DNA from: Selaginella moellendorffii
Taxonomy: Eukaryota; Plantae; Lycopodiophyta
Length of the DNA stretch: 64,000 bases
Assembly (NCBI RefSeq): GCF_000143415.4
Contig: NW_003314339.1
Coordinates: forward strand, 179,751 to 243,750
Direction: 5' to 3'
The notes below the pieces were generated by a model that saw only the letters and a program-made list of their open reading frames with translations, ran no database searches and was not told where the DNA came from. A program made the position numbers and the translations under genes. Positions 45,301-58,200 of the stretch are shown one piece after another. How positions within the stretch are numbered: the stretch's first letter is position 1; each line of letters starts with the position of its first letter.

Positions 45301-48181
45301 AAACACTTGGAGCTAGTGTTTCAAAAGTTGCACGAACACAAACTGTATACTAAGGAAAGTAAATGTGCTTTTGAACAATTGCATGTGAACTTTCTTGGAC
45401 ATATACTTGGTGGTGGTGTAATTGAGGTGGATTCAAAGAAGGTTGAAGCAGTGAAGTCTTCGGAAGTTCCAATCACTGTATCAGATGTTCATTCCTTCCT
45501 TGGTTTAACAGGATACTATTGCAAGTTTGTCTGCAATTTTGCAAGAATTGCTCTTCCGTTGACTGAGTTGACGAAGAGTAGTATACCATTTCATTGGACA
45601 CCAGTTTGTTAGCGTGCTTTTGTATGGTTGAAGGAAATCTTGACTGTGGTTTCTGTTCTTAAGATCCTTGATCTTGATAAACCTTTTGAAGTGCATTGGG
45701 ATGCATCTGGCTATGTTATAGGTGCCGTGTTACAGCAAGATTGTGATAATACGGTTGGTGTTACGCTAAGGTGACATGGTTGTCCCGTTGCATTCTATTC
45801 GAAGAAATTGGACGAAACCCAACGAAGATGGCCAACCCACGGGAAAGAAATGTTTGCTATAGTGTTGGCACTAGAACACTAGAGACACTATTTGGGTGGA
45901 CATACGAAGGTTTATATTGATAGTAACACACTAAACTCCTTTGCTACATAGCCAAAGCTTACACTGAAACAGGCTCGTTGGCAAGAGTAGCTTGCTAGAT
46001 ATGATATTGAAATCATATATAAACCTAGTAAAGACAATATTGTTCTGGATGCGTTGAGTCGTCAAGCTCAATTCCGACCAATATTGGCAATCAGTTCGGA
46101 CTAGTTGGAGGACTTTTCGGCTTCATATGAAAATGATTCATTAGTGAAGGCAATCTTGCACTGTACAAAGTTGTCGAAGCAAAACCCTAGTAGTGAAGTA
46201 GTAAAAGTTGCTAGTCAAACCATTGTAAAACTTCACTTCTCAGTTCATGATGGGTTTATATTCTATAAGCAAGAAAGATTGTATCTTCCCTCTAAGGATT
46301 TGCAGCAGTTGTTTTTGTGTGAACATCATGATATTTCGGCAGTAGGACATGGTGGAAAGTGAAAGACTCTAGCTTCGTTGAAAAGGGATTTTTTGGTCTG
46401 GTATGGAAGGTGATGTAGCGGTCTATGTCTGTTCCTGCCCTATATGCCAGTAATGTAAGCGTAGAACTGAAAGGTAGGCTGGAAAGTTGCAGAGCATTCT
46501 AGCACCGGCATAGCAATTTCAAAGTCTGATTTGATTTTGTCACTTGCTTGCCGAAGTCTAAGGGTTATGATACTTTGATGGTGGTTGTGGATTGGCTATC
46601 AAAGATTGCACACTTCATTCCAACTGTAGAAATAGTGAATACGAAGCAAGAAGCAAAGCTCTTCTTCCATGAAGTAGTGTGGGTTCATAGTCTTCCTGAA
46701 GAAATGATCTCGGATAAAGATTCGAGGTTTACAGGGAAGTTTTGGGGCACATTGTTTCAACTGTTTGGTACTAAATTGAAATTTAGTATAGCTTATCATC
46801 CTCACATTGATGGGCAGACCGAACGCACAAGTTGAGGATTATTTACGGTACTATATCGCGATGGACCAATGCGACTGGGTTGAGCATTTGGATATAGCAG
46901 AAATCTATTATAACAACACATTTCACAGCACTATTAGTTGTTCTTTATGGAAGATGTTGCAAGGGAATGCTCGTGGAGTGCCTCAACAGATTGTTGTAAC
47001 GAAACCAATGTCCAAAGTGTTAGTCCCGGTTGTTGAGACTTATGTGGAGCAGCTATGCCAAGGTTGGTTTAGAGCTACTGAGGTGATGGGCAAAGCTCAG
47101 GATAGGTATTGACGTGATAAAGATCAGCATCGTCAAAATGTATCCTATCAAGTGGGAGATTAGGTGTGGTTATCTTCCCGAAACTTGAACATTAAGGAAT
47201 CTTTGTCTCAGAAGCTATTACTGAGATATATTGGGCCCTATCAGGTATTGAAGCGAGTTGGTGATGTATCCTATAAGTTGGATCTTCCAGATGAGTTATC
47301 CCAGATATATAATGTGTTTCATGTCAATTTACTGGCACCATATCATGTTGTTGTGGAACGCTCTATGGACATTTGTCCTCTGCCAGTGATCATGGATGGT
47401 GAACCTGAGTATGAAGTTGAGTTTATCTTGGATTCTCAGTTTTGAAGACAGACTTATGCAAAGGAATATCTAGTTAAGTGGAAAGGTTACCCGACTTGTG
47501 AATCAACTTAGGAACCTCTTAGGAATCTTACACATACTCGTGAGTTTGTCACGAAGTATGAGAATCGTAATAAAGATTAGCTTTTGTAAATCTTGTAATA
47601 AATCTTGTAAATCAATAAAGTAATATATTTCTATAAATCAAAGTTTTGTCTCTTTCGTTCCTTAGTACTTGGGTCAATTTTGGCAGGCTAACTTTAACAC
47701 TTTAATGTATGGGTCCAATCCATAACCATGGGGATAACTATTATAGACTGATCACAAGTCCTTGCCTCTATCTCGATGACTCATTTTTGAAAAGGGGCGT
47801 GGTTGTGTAAACAACTTAATCTGCCAGTTTATAATAGTTGTCTAAATTTTCCCGACGGGGTTGATTTCTTGCTTAGGAGAAGTTGGGCCTCTGGCCTTCT
47901 CCCTATGTCCCTATGGGCAGGGATGTATCATTCCTTTGAGTGGTACTCGAAGCAACAAGAGTGTCTAACTCCATTAGTCATTTCCTTGTCGGCGATGGTT
48001 GGAGGGTGTTTGAGTTTTAACATCTTTGGACGTAAAGGAGAGGTCGTTCCATAATTCATTTAAGTCAGTGTGTTTCCTACATAGTGTACTTTCTGTTAAC
48101 TTTCAAAGTTGTTTCCTTGATAGTTTGCTAGACTTGGTTATGCATCGACAAGGATATCAATCTTCCCCAAGGGGGGTAGAG
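39327..48181 (+). mobile_element. Ty3/gypsy element C (protease, RT, RNase H, integrase, chromodomain), decayed, interrupted by a nested chromovirus, ending in a family A LTR
   Basis: MIDTGA protease (39341-39550); [18 protein letters not shown] and YIDD (44660-45612); integrase VVVDWLSK and YHPHIDGQTER; YIGPY; chromodomain EYEVEFILD...YLVKWKGY (~47405-47570); PPT AAGGGGGGTAGAG at 48169-48181. Confidence 0.9.
39888..44659. mobile_element. Nested chromovirus (Tcn1/Tf1-like) with deleted RT core and inverted 5' half
   Basis: LTRs 42115-42463 (minus) and 44300-44659 (plus) are inverted copies. gag 41237..42055, protease LLDSGA and RNase H 39990..40415 lie on minus; integrase and chromodomain 42705-44288 lie on plus. 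PPT 44287-44296. TSD CCTCT at 44660-64, present as AGAGG at 42464-68. Confidence 0.92.
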
Positions 48182-48542
48182 TGTCGTGAATGTGACTTCA
48201 GGTATTGAAAGATACTTGTTAGCCAGTCCTTATGGACACTCTTTCCTTACTACTATAACAACAGGAGGTCAATATAGTTGATTCCCTTCAGTAGCCCCTC
48301 TTATCCAAGTGTTAGTTTACTGGGCTTAGCATCAATACTTAGCCAGATGAACATAAGGTAGGAACTCCTATGTGTTTCTAGCTGAGCATTCTTGGCCTAG
48401 CTCTTAGTTCTCTTTTATTCTGTTTTGCACTGGCTTGGTGTATTAAGATTAGTCCCTCAATATCACCAAATGATAGCTTACCATATCTACTAAACACCCT
48501 CGCTATTATGCCCTTTGCGTTAGTCTCATCTCGGTCCCAAAT
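48182..48542 (+). mobile_element. Family A-type LTR (U3 part), the 3' LTR of element C, interrupted
   Basis: TGTCGTGAATGTGACTTC corresponds to the reverse complement of the A LTR end at 53424/60657. Confidence 0.85.
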
Positions 48543-48733
48543 TGTAAGCAACCAAAGGGAACGACTTGAGAGACAATCCATGGGGTTCAAATATAGAGGG
48601 AAAGGGCCCATGAACAAGAGTGCACCCCCTTTTCTAATCGGTTAAGGGTTTTGAGATATTTGGGGTTAAGTGTCTTTGGGTTTGAATAGTATTGGGTTGG
48701 GTGACCTCCCGGGAAGTCCAATTTCAGGCTTAC
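48543..48733 (+). mobile_element. Second Cassandra-like LTR (lone)
   Basis: Reverse complement of 35680-35873 with scattered substitutions; 5S-like segment at 48665-48719; no matching TSD. Confidence 0.88.
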
Positions 48734-50740
48734 TTGTTAATTGGTATTGTAAATAGGCCTTGTATAGTTTTCCATGTTGGCATGTCAATTTCACCTCTAT
48801 TGATATTATTTAGTTGCTTTTAGTTTGTGGTGTTGAATTATATTAAGTCTTAGACATAGTGATTTCTTCTTTGATGATATGTCATTTGTAGCTTACTATT
48901 GTTGAAAGTTTTCTCTTGAATACTAAGTAAGTATTTTTAACCTTTGTTAGTTTGGTTGCTAAAAAGGTATGAATGGTGGTTCACTCGTTTTCTTGTAGCA
49001 TTGTTCTAGTATGATAGTATTGAAGTGATGCCTTAATATTGATATTGTTAGGTTGAAGTGATATGAGATGTTTTCTTCATGAGCATAGTTGAATTAGAAT
49101 TTCCATCTATAGTGATAGATGGTTAGGGATTGGTTAGAGCTCATTGGACATAAACATTTTTTTTTCACTAGTCTCAATGAAGATGGTGTTAATAGTTGAC
49201 TGTACCTTTGTGCCATTGGCATTTATGCATTTTTTTAATTAACAACTATGTTGGCATTCAAATAAATTGAGTGGCAAGTTAAGTTAATTGTGTTATAGAT
49301 GAGATTATTTAGTAGGGTTGAGTTTTGTCTTTTCCTTGAAAAGTGATATGGTCATAGATTATACTAACTTTACAAGAGGAAAAGTTAATGATTGCTTGGA
49401 GTTGTTATATACTTGTTAAAGTTTATCTGAAGTTTAATTAGTCATTGATAATTCTTCTTATACTTGTTATGAAATGAATTACATTTTGCTGTAGAAGATG
49501 GATTAATAGAGGATTATTTAATGATCACAAGTAGTAAGCGCTTCGAGATCGTGGCAAGATGGTCTCTTGGGTTTGAGATATTAGTAGGATGTTACTACAC
49601 TTACTTGATCAACTTTAGTTCTTTAGTGTTGTTGACAGAAATCTATTCAAATCAGTTAATATGATGATTGGCATGAATGAGTGTTTATTGGCCTTGCAAC
49701 ATTTATTTTATTCTGTTAATTGTTGCTACAATTGATTCTACTAGATTAGAGTGTTATTTCCCTCAGTGATACATTCACAAGCATTATGCTTGTATATCAT
49801 CAATACTTTGTGTTCTTTAAATTATCTTTCATAAATTGTTGACATATTATCGGCAATCTTTAGTAGTTAAGTTTTTTCATTATGTTTACTTAATGGTATA
49901 CTTACTATTAAATATTGTTGGATGGTTAATCTTATGTCTTCAACCTATGATGATCTTGATGATTCCTATTCTATCCTAGTTTATTAGATGATAACTTGGT
50001 TTAGACTAAAGTATAGGAGATTGATGCTATTAGCTAAGAAAATTTTGCTTCGTAAGGAGTTCCCATCTTATTATGTTTTACACTGGCTAGTGACAAAAAC
50101 CTCTGTGTATTGAGGTCTAGTCCCTCAATATTGCTAAATGATAGCTTACTGTGTCTGCCAAAACACCCTCACTATTATGCCCTATATGTTTATTCCATTG
50201 GGTTTTATTGACTATTTATGGAAAGTGTCCAAATCTGTTAGTGAGGCATATCTATGGAAGGTAGAGATTGTTTTGAACACAATTGTATTATTTTTGCGTC
50301 CAAATTCACAATTTAGCACAATTCCATATTTAGTAAGTTTTATGATTATCCCAAAGACTAACTTTTAGGACTACAGTGAAAGCCCAAAGCGTGAATTCCT
50401 CTAGAGGGGACAACACTATAGAGGGTTCTAAATGTATATTAGGGATAGTGTATAGGTCAAGCATGGCCAACCAACCTAAAGCACGTTAGACCACTAGTAT
50501 GCTAAAATAGTGTTAGACTTCATTTAATTCCATTTTGTGTGTTGGCCCTGACATTGGGATATTGGATGCTTTAAGATTGTTCCAAAATCACTCCATGCTC
50601 CTTTTCCTTTGTTCTTTAGATTGTACGCTTATAAGCCATTTCGTGCTCTAGTTCCTTTGCTCCTTAGCTGTATGCTCGGGAGTTTGGCTCCATCCCTTTG
50701 TTTAAAGACCCAAGGCCCTAAAACTCAAGTTTTACTCCAA
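48734..50740 (+). mobile_element. Old, AT-shifted family A internal region and LTR remnant
   Basis: Aligns by eye to the reverse complement of ~54100-56910 (without the solo LTR), and from ~50110 to the A LTR. Confidence 0.7.
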
Positions 50741-51216
50741 TTTTAAAAGCTTAGTATTATTATTTATTGTTACTAGCTCCCAATATAATTTACACACTTA
50801 TTGCCTTCCTTAGATATGGTAATCTTGTCTCAAGCTCCCTCTCAAGAATAAAACCCTAATTCTACATTACCCATCACTACCATAGTAGGCCTTTATTCTA
50901 CCATTGAAATTTGATAGGGCAAAAATTTGATTGAAGCATTGCCAACACGAGAGCTGCACAATTTGACAAGTTAGCATGAATCACTAAGAATATAGACAAG
51001 TTTGCATCAGCCTTGAATCTAGTAAGTGTCTCTTCCAGAGTTTGGGACTCTTTATATATATTAGCTCTATAATTACTACAATTATTCGAGTAGTAAGGTA
51101 CCTATCAAATAAACTATTTTGATTTAATGAGCCATTCATAGTTTCACAATACAAAAAAGTTTACACTTACGCATGTATGGCTTAATTTTTTAGATAAGCA
51201 TGACTACTAGCATGAT
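50734..51216 (-). pseudogene. Decayed 18S rRNA gene fragment (5' ~500 nt)
   Basis: Minus strand gives GTAGTCATGCTT..ATTAAGCCAT, GAATGGCTCATTAAATCA, GTAATTATAGAGCTAATA, TGCCCTATCAA, GAATTAGGGTT, GAGAGGGAGC and AAGGAAGGCA in 18S order, with many transitions. Confidence 0.9.
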
Positions 51217-52280
51217 TTGTAGCTACTATCTAAGGATGCAAGGCACATAGGTCTTAACACCCAAATATTGAGCAAAAGCAATGTACAACCAGTATCAACT
51301 AGGATGCTAGAGCTTGGAGGGTCAAATTTCAAGTGCTAAGGCTAATTAAATCCTTTAGTAGCTAAATGAAGTCTATATATGGTGAGAACACATGCACATA
51401 CCCTTTGCCCACCCTAGCTGGATGTAAACTACAAATTATTTTTTTCTAATTTGCCAGTTTACCTTGTCAATTTAACCACCTTTGCCTTGACCTTAGCTAA
51501 GTTCTTTTGCAAAAGTTTCTACATATTGTACAAATGTAAGTGACTAAATTTTCCATTCTACTTTAGTCATTTAACCACACTATCGACCACTTAGAGGAGT
51601 CTCACTCACAACCTCTATAAGTCCTATTTTGAACTTGGGGATTTGCTAGCCCCATGAATTACATCTATACCACTTAGCCCTTTCACTTGGTCCAAGTACT
51701 ATGTGACTGTATCCTTGGTCACTATACTAAAGGATTACTCCTCTTCTCTTCCATAGTTTGGGATTTTGGGATAACATTTGGAAACACCATGGCCCTATGC
51801 AAACCTTGTGGGTATTCTCCCCATCTTTTGCCCTTAGGTGCCCTAGCCATGGGGCTAGAGCAAGGTTCTAATGAGCCACATAAGGTATCCAAGTAGGTAG
51901 TGCCACCCACACTTGGATTGGGAGCATTGACCATTTGATCTCTTGAGGGAGCTAGAGTCAACTCTTGAACACTTCACCAAGCTACCCTGTTTATCTATCT
52001 ATATTCATTTTAACCTTGGACTCCTCAGAGGATATATCATCACCAAATACATAGGTATAACCCTCATTGGCAACACTAGCCTTTTTCTAGTCAAATTGGC
52101 TCCACTGGAGTCCTTCCCCTACTATCCTTTTGGAGCTCACCAAACCCCCCAAGGTCTAGGAGACAATTGCTTTATGCTTTCACCCTCGGATTTAGACTCA
52201 AACTTGGATTTCGACTCAATCTTGGACTCGGTCTCACACTCGGTCTCGGACTCCATTTCAGACTCGGTTTCGGTCTCGGC

Positions 52281-55200
52281 TGTAGCGCACGTGGTTTTGA
52301 CCCTTTATCCTATGGTGATTTACCATAGGATAACACCACGAAGCGGAAACTAACCCTCTTTGTGCCACGTGACAGATGCCACGTGTCACATGCCACGTGT
52401 CCATGCCACGTGTCCATAGGAACCCGAGGTTCAGGGCCTTGGGCCACTGAACGAAGGAACGGTGCCAAACTCCCAAGCATGGAGCCAAGGAGTGATGGAA
52501 CCGAACCACGGAGCAACTCCCAAGCATGAAGCCCAAGGAGCGAAAGGACAGGAGCCCGGAGCGACTTGGAACAGTCCTGGAGCAACCAGCATCCCAATGC
52601 CAGGACCAGCACGCAAAACGGAGCCAAACGGAGTCTGGCGCTATTTTGGCATACCGGTGGCCTAACGCGAGGACATGGGTACTCCACCAACTAGCATGGA
52701 ATGGAACTTGGGCTTAGACCCAAGCCGGACGCAGAACAAGGACAGGCACGCAAGCGGGAGCTAGACTATGCCTCAGGTTGGTCGGCCATGCCCGACCTAC
52801 CCACTATCCCTACTATACATTTGGAACCCCCCATAGCCCCCCCCCCTTGAGGAACACACGCTTTGGGCTTTCACCCCAAGCCTCCCTTAGTATCAGGAGT
52901 TAGTCTCTGGGACAAGCTCGAAACTTACTAAATATAGAATGTCCCTAGATTGCGAATTTGGACACGGGACGAACACCATTGTGTTCAGGACAATCTCTAC
53001 ATTCCGTAGATATGCCAAATAAGCAAATCTGGACACTTTCCATAAATAGCATTTGGGACCGAAATGAGACTAACACAAAGGGCATGATAGCGAGGGTGTT
53101 TGGCAGACACGGTAAGCTATCATCTAGCAATATTGAGGGACCAATCTCAATATCACGGGGGTTCTTGATACTAGCAAGTGCACGCCAATGACAGGAGTTT
53201 CTCAAACCAGGCCGAGTATGCTCAGCAAGAAACACATAGGGTTCCTACCTTATGTTTATCCGATCTAAGTACACGGTCATTGACCAGTTTCTCAACTAGC
53301 TCAAGTGGGAAACTGATAACGGGTCCAGCAATACCGACCTCCTGCCATCGTGGCAGTAAGGTAAAAGTGTCCGTAAGGACTAGCCGACAGGTAACTTTCG
53401 ATACCCGAAGTCACATTCGCGACACTCTCCCCCCCTAGGGAAGATCGACGTCCTCGTCGATGCATACTCGAGTCTAGAATACCGCCAAGGAAACAACTCC
53501 AGAAAAAGTTCATGGTATTCACACTATGTGAGAAATGCACCAACTTAAATGAGTTAGGAGGCAACCTCTTTGTCTAACGCAGATGCGCTACCAGCTCAGA
53601 CACCTTCCGGCCGTTGCCGACAAGGAAATGACCAACAGAGTTAGCCACCCTTGCTGCTCTGGGTGTCACCTAGCTTACAAAAGTGTGATATGCCTTGCCC
53701 GCAGAGACATAGAGAGAGAAGCCGGAGGCCCCAACCCTCCTAAGCAAAGAAACCAAACCCGTTGGTAAGGTTTAGATAGACTACTGTAAACAGGCAGTTA
53801 GAGTTGTTTACACGGTCACGCCCTTTTAACGGAATAAGGAACATCGACAGAGAGGCGGGTTATGTGACCAGTCGACAGTAGCTACCCCATGACTAGAGAT
53901 TTCAACATGCACACGAAGTGCCGAAGCCAGTCTGCCTATTATTGGCCCAAACTCAAAGATCAATAGATGGACAATATCAAAGTCATAGACAATGATATCT
54001 TAGAGACTTAATTATGAGTGAATATATCGTAGATTAGAACACAAAAGTATTCTAAGCAAGTTATCATCCGATAAACTAGTATTATAGTGCAGAAACCACC
54101 AAGATTGACATAGGATTCACCATCAAACAAAATTCAATAGCAAGTATATCACGAAGTAAACTCAATGATGAAACTTAACTACCGAAGATAGTAGACAGTA
54201 AGCCAAACAACTTACCAAAGAAAACTCAAAGAACACAAAATATCATTTGACTAGCAAGCAAAATGCTTGCGAATGTATCACCTGAAGGAAATAACGTCCT
54301 GATCTATCAGAACTAACTCGAGCAATAATCAACAAAACAGAATGAATGCAGTAAGACCAACAAACACTCGTTAATGCCAACTATCGCACTAGTCAATCTG
54401 AACAGATCCCAGCCAACAACACTAAGGAACTCAAGTTGCCTAAGCAAGTGTCAGCAACATCCTACTGATGTCTCAAACCCAAGAGACCAATCCAGAGCAA
54501 ACCACAAAGAACATGTGGTATTGCGAAAAGCCAAAAACCATCAAAGAGAACAATGAACCATCATGAAAGATCATCAATCATCCTATCAATAAAGAAATGC
54601 ATAATCATCACCGAAGAATGAATCTACCATCCCGAAGAACAACAAATCATTCTATACCAACAATAATCAAGCAAAACCCTTTGACAAGGATAATTAACTA
54701 TCCTAGATGATAGTCAATCATCATCAATGATTGCCAAATGCAAAAGCCAACTTCAATATCGAAGCTAATGAGCCAAAATGCCTTCCCCAACAACTTCTAA
54801 CAAATGGACCACAAGTATTAAAACTCAAGGAACCAAAAGCTCGAAGAAGCCTATAGCCAAGTCTTGCCTAACAATGATCACAAGTCTTGCATTGAACTAA
54901 CTTCAATGCTAAAGAAGAAATTATGGTGTAACCCACAATATCCTCTTCAACACATCCATAAGCTAAACTTCATAATACCAAAACTAATGAAGAGCATGTC
55001 TGCATCAATCCAAAAGCTAAGCATAACGAAGCTATGCTCAACAAGTGATCACAAAACGATCCTCCATGAATCCATCTATAGCAAGACGTAACTCACTTCA
55101 TAACAAGCACAAGAAGAATCACCAATGATTGATATATCCCAATGCAAACCCAACAAGGGACCAACATCTTCAATATCAATCACTAACTCTTCATCTCGTA

Positions 55201-58200
55201 AAGTTAGCATAGTCCATGACTGAATCACTTTTCAAGGAAAAGCCGAAGCTCAACCCTCTACTAAATTGTAAGGAACCAACTCGCCGAGGTGTCGTAGGCT
55301 AAGGGAACCCCGAAAGCATGACCAAAATGACAAAGAGTTCATCGGATGGGACCAAGTCAAAGATCGAGTCCAAGACCGACTCTAGGACCGAGTTCGAGAT
55401 AGGGTCCGGAATCGAGTCCAAGACCGACTCGGGGACCGAGTTCGAGTCCGAGTTCGAGACCGAGTTCGAGACGGAGTCCGAGATCCGAAATCGGGTCCGA
55501 GACCGAGTCCGAAGTCGAGTCCGAGGTCGGGCCCGAGATCGGGTCCGAGATCGAGTCCGCGATCGAGTCCGAGACCGAATCCGAAGTCGGATCCGAAATC
55601 GGATCCGAGATCGAGCCAGAGACTAAGTCCAAATACTAATACGGGTCAAGGGGTGAAAGCCCAAAGTGTGCGTCCCCCAGGGGGGGGGGGCTGCAGGGGG
55701 TTCCAAAAGTATAGTAGGGATAGTGAGGTCCAGGAACCAGTTTTGAAGGGACTCTCCAGTTGGGCTTCCAAACCGACTTGAGGTTGGGACTGGGACTAAG
55801 GGGCCTTGGGTGGGAGTGAGCATGGACTTGGCTGGTGCCGGAGGGGCCATCCAAGGAAGTGCTCAAGAGCAGCTCCCACTCCCGAAAGGGAAACCGATTG
55901 CGGTGCTCCCGGCTCATGTGGAGTGGTGCCCCACTTGAGTACCACGCGGCTCATTGGTCCTCGCCCTGCCTAGGGGCTTGGGCCTTCCTTCGGGATGGAA
56001 GTGGGGGGCGAGAGGTACCCAGACCGGGCCGCTAGGCCACGGTGTTTCGCCCCGGCGTCCCGAAGCAAGTGTTGCACTCAAGACTTAGGATTTAGAGGGT
56101 CCCATGATCAAGTCTTGTGGTACCAAAGGATGTTAGGAACCTGGAAGCTTGGTGTGCTTGGCTGCTTGTGCTTGCGGGGAGTGTAGCCGAACCTTAAGTC
56201 CAGTCTAACCCGGGGAGGGGGATTGGGAGTGATTTGGGAATCCGTGGATGGTGGCTAACACTCCGTTGCTCGTGCAGTAAGTAGCTGAGACCAAGTAGGA
56301 GCTGGTACCATAGGCGAGAACCTTGGCAAGGGAACTTAGCAAAAGCCAAGGCGGTGTTGGACGGATAGGTGAGGTAAGCTGGCAAATTGGAAAGGAAAAA
56401 TTTGTGGCTTACATAAATAATCTCGTCTAGAACACAACTAACCCAAACTTGCCACTCAGTTCATTTGAACGTCAACACAGTTGCTAACTAACAAATGCAT
56501 GAATGCTAATAACACAAAGCTATAGCCAAATCATCAACACTATCTTCATCGAGAGCAATGAAACTCAATATCAATCCTAAGGATAGACATCTCATCTCAT
56601 TTGAATCTCAACATCAATAATATCAATGACAAGGCATCACTTCAATGCCATCAACACCATAACAAAGCTAGAAGAAAGCAAAAGTGAATCACCACTCAAA
56701 ACTTTCTAGCAACCAAGCTAACCAAAGTCGAAGATACTTAACTTAGTATCCGAGACCAATCCTTTAGCAAAACTCAGTTACAGATAACACTTCCTCAAGG
56801 AGTGAATCACCACGTCTAAGACTCAATGAAATCCAACACTATGAACTAAACGCAACCAAATGATATCAACAGAGGTAGAGTCGACATGCCAACATGGAAA
56901 ACCCATGTAAGTCTAACGACACGATCCTCCGCAACCCCATCCGGTAAAGCAAGCCCATCACTGCTAAATCATCATCGAGTGAAGCAAGTGTCACAGTCTT
57001 TCGACAAAGTTTACAAGCAATCACTAGTTGCCAAGTAACCAACAATCACTCTTCAACTTGTCTTCACAAGACTCAAACACTAAACTCACGTCATCGAGTC
57101 ATATACTTGTCCAACATGAACGTAATACCCCAGGTATGAGATAAAAGTTCATAGGCAAGCACAAACCAAATGACCACTCAAATCCAACTCAACCACGATA
57201 AGCTCATCAATGCATTTAGCCACTAGCTCTGAGCATGCCTTGAAGAGGCTAGCTATGCATGATCAACACTTAGCCGAAACTAAAGTGAAGACCATGAGAT
57301 GAACTCATATCGGTACACAACCTCCTCATAGACAAAGCTATAGTATGGGTACTAACATCTCAAACTCAAACAACTAAGTTGGACATCACCATCCTCAGCC
57401 AAGGCGCAAGGCTACCAAGACCAAGTCAAGATCAGTGAGAGCTCACTACTCTCATAGAGTCTAATGAAATGCAAAGTGCAACCTGCCACCAAGCACAACG
57501 CTACAAAAGAAAGGCATAAGTGTCACCCTTCTTAGAAAAGTGCAACGGCCACTTTTCTACATTAACTCCAGACTCTATCCAACTCAATTGCCTTAGCCCC
57601 AAAAGTTAGCATCCCTTTCGGGCCGCATCATACAAACTATCTACTAAGGTCTAAGCTAACCGAAGTCAACTCCAACCCCTTCACTAGTTTGTATTGGCTT
57701 ATGAAAACGGAATGGTTTTCGAACAAAGTGATAACAGATCAGCCATTGAAAAAGTCTAAGAAAATTTGTGGAAAATTTCCATTCTAGAGAAAGAATGACT
57801 CTCAGTCCAGGAATACAAACTTTCAAGACTCAACCAACTTCCTCCTACTAACAACTTCACATAGGTTCACCTCAACACAAATTCTCATGACCCATAGTAT
57901 GCTTAAGCCTCAAACATTTTTCTGCCCATTCTGGAACATCTAAGGTTTGATCATGAAGACCACATCTTTGGATATCCATATTGCACTAACACTCTTCTTC
58001 AACCACTTTCAAGATCCAATGTGAAGCTAAAACACTAACAAGAAAAATGACATGGAAAATCAAGCTCTAAGGAAAATTCCTTATCACTCGAAGTAACAAT
58101 GCCACTTCCACTAACACAAGTGCTAGTGATGTCAATGCCCCAGCTACACATCTTCTCCATCCAACAATCTACTCCAAGTGTTAATGGATCAATTGATGAG

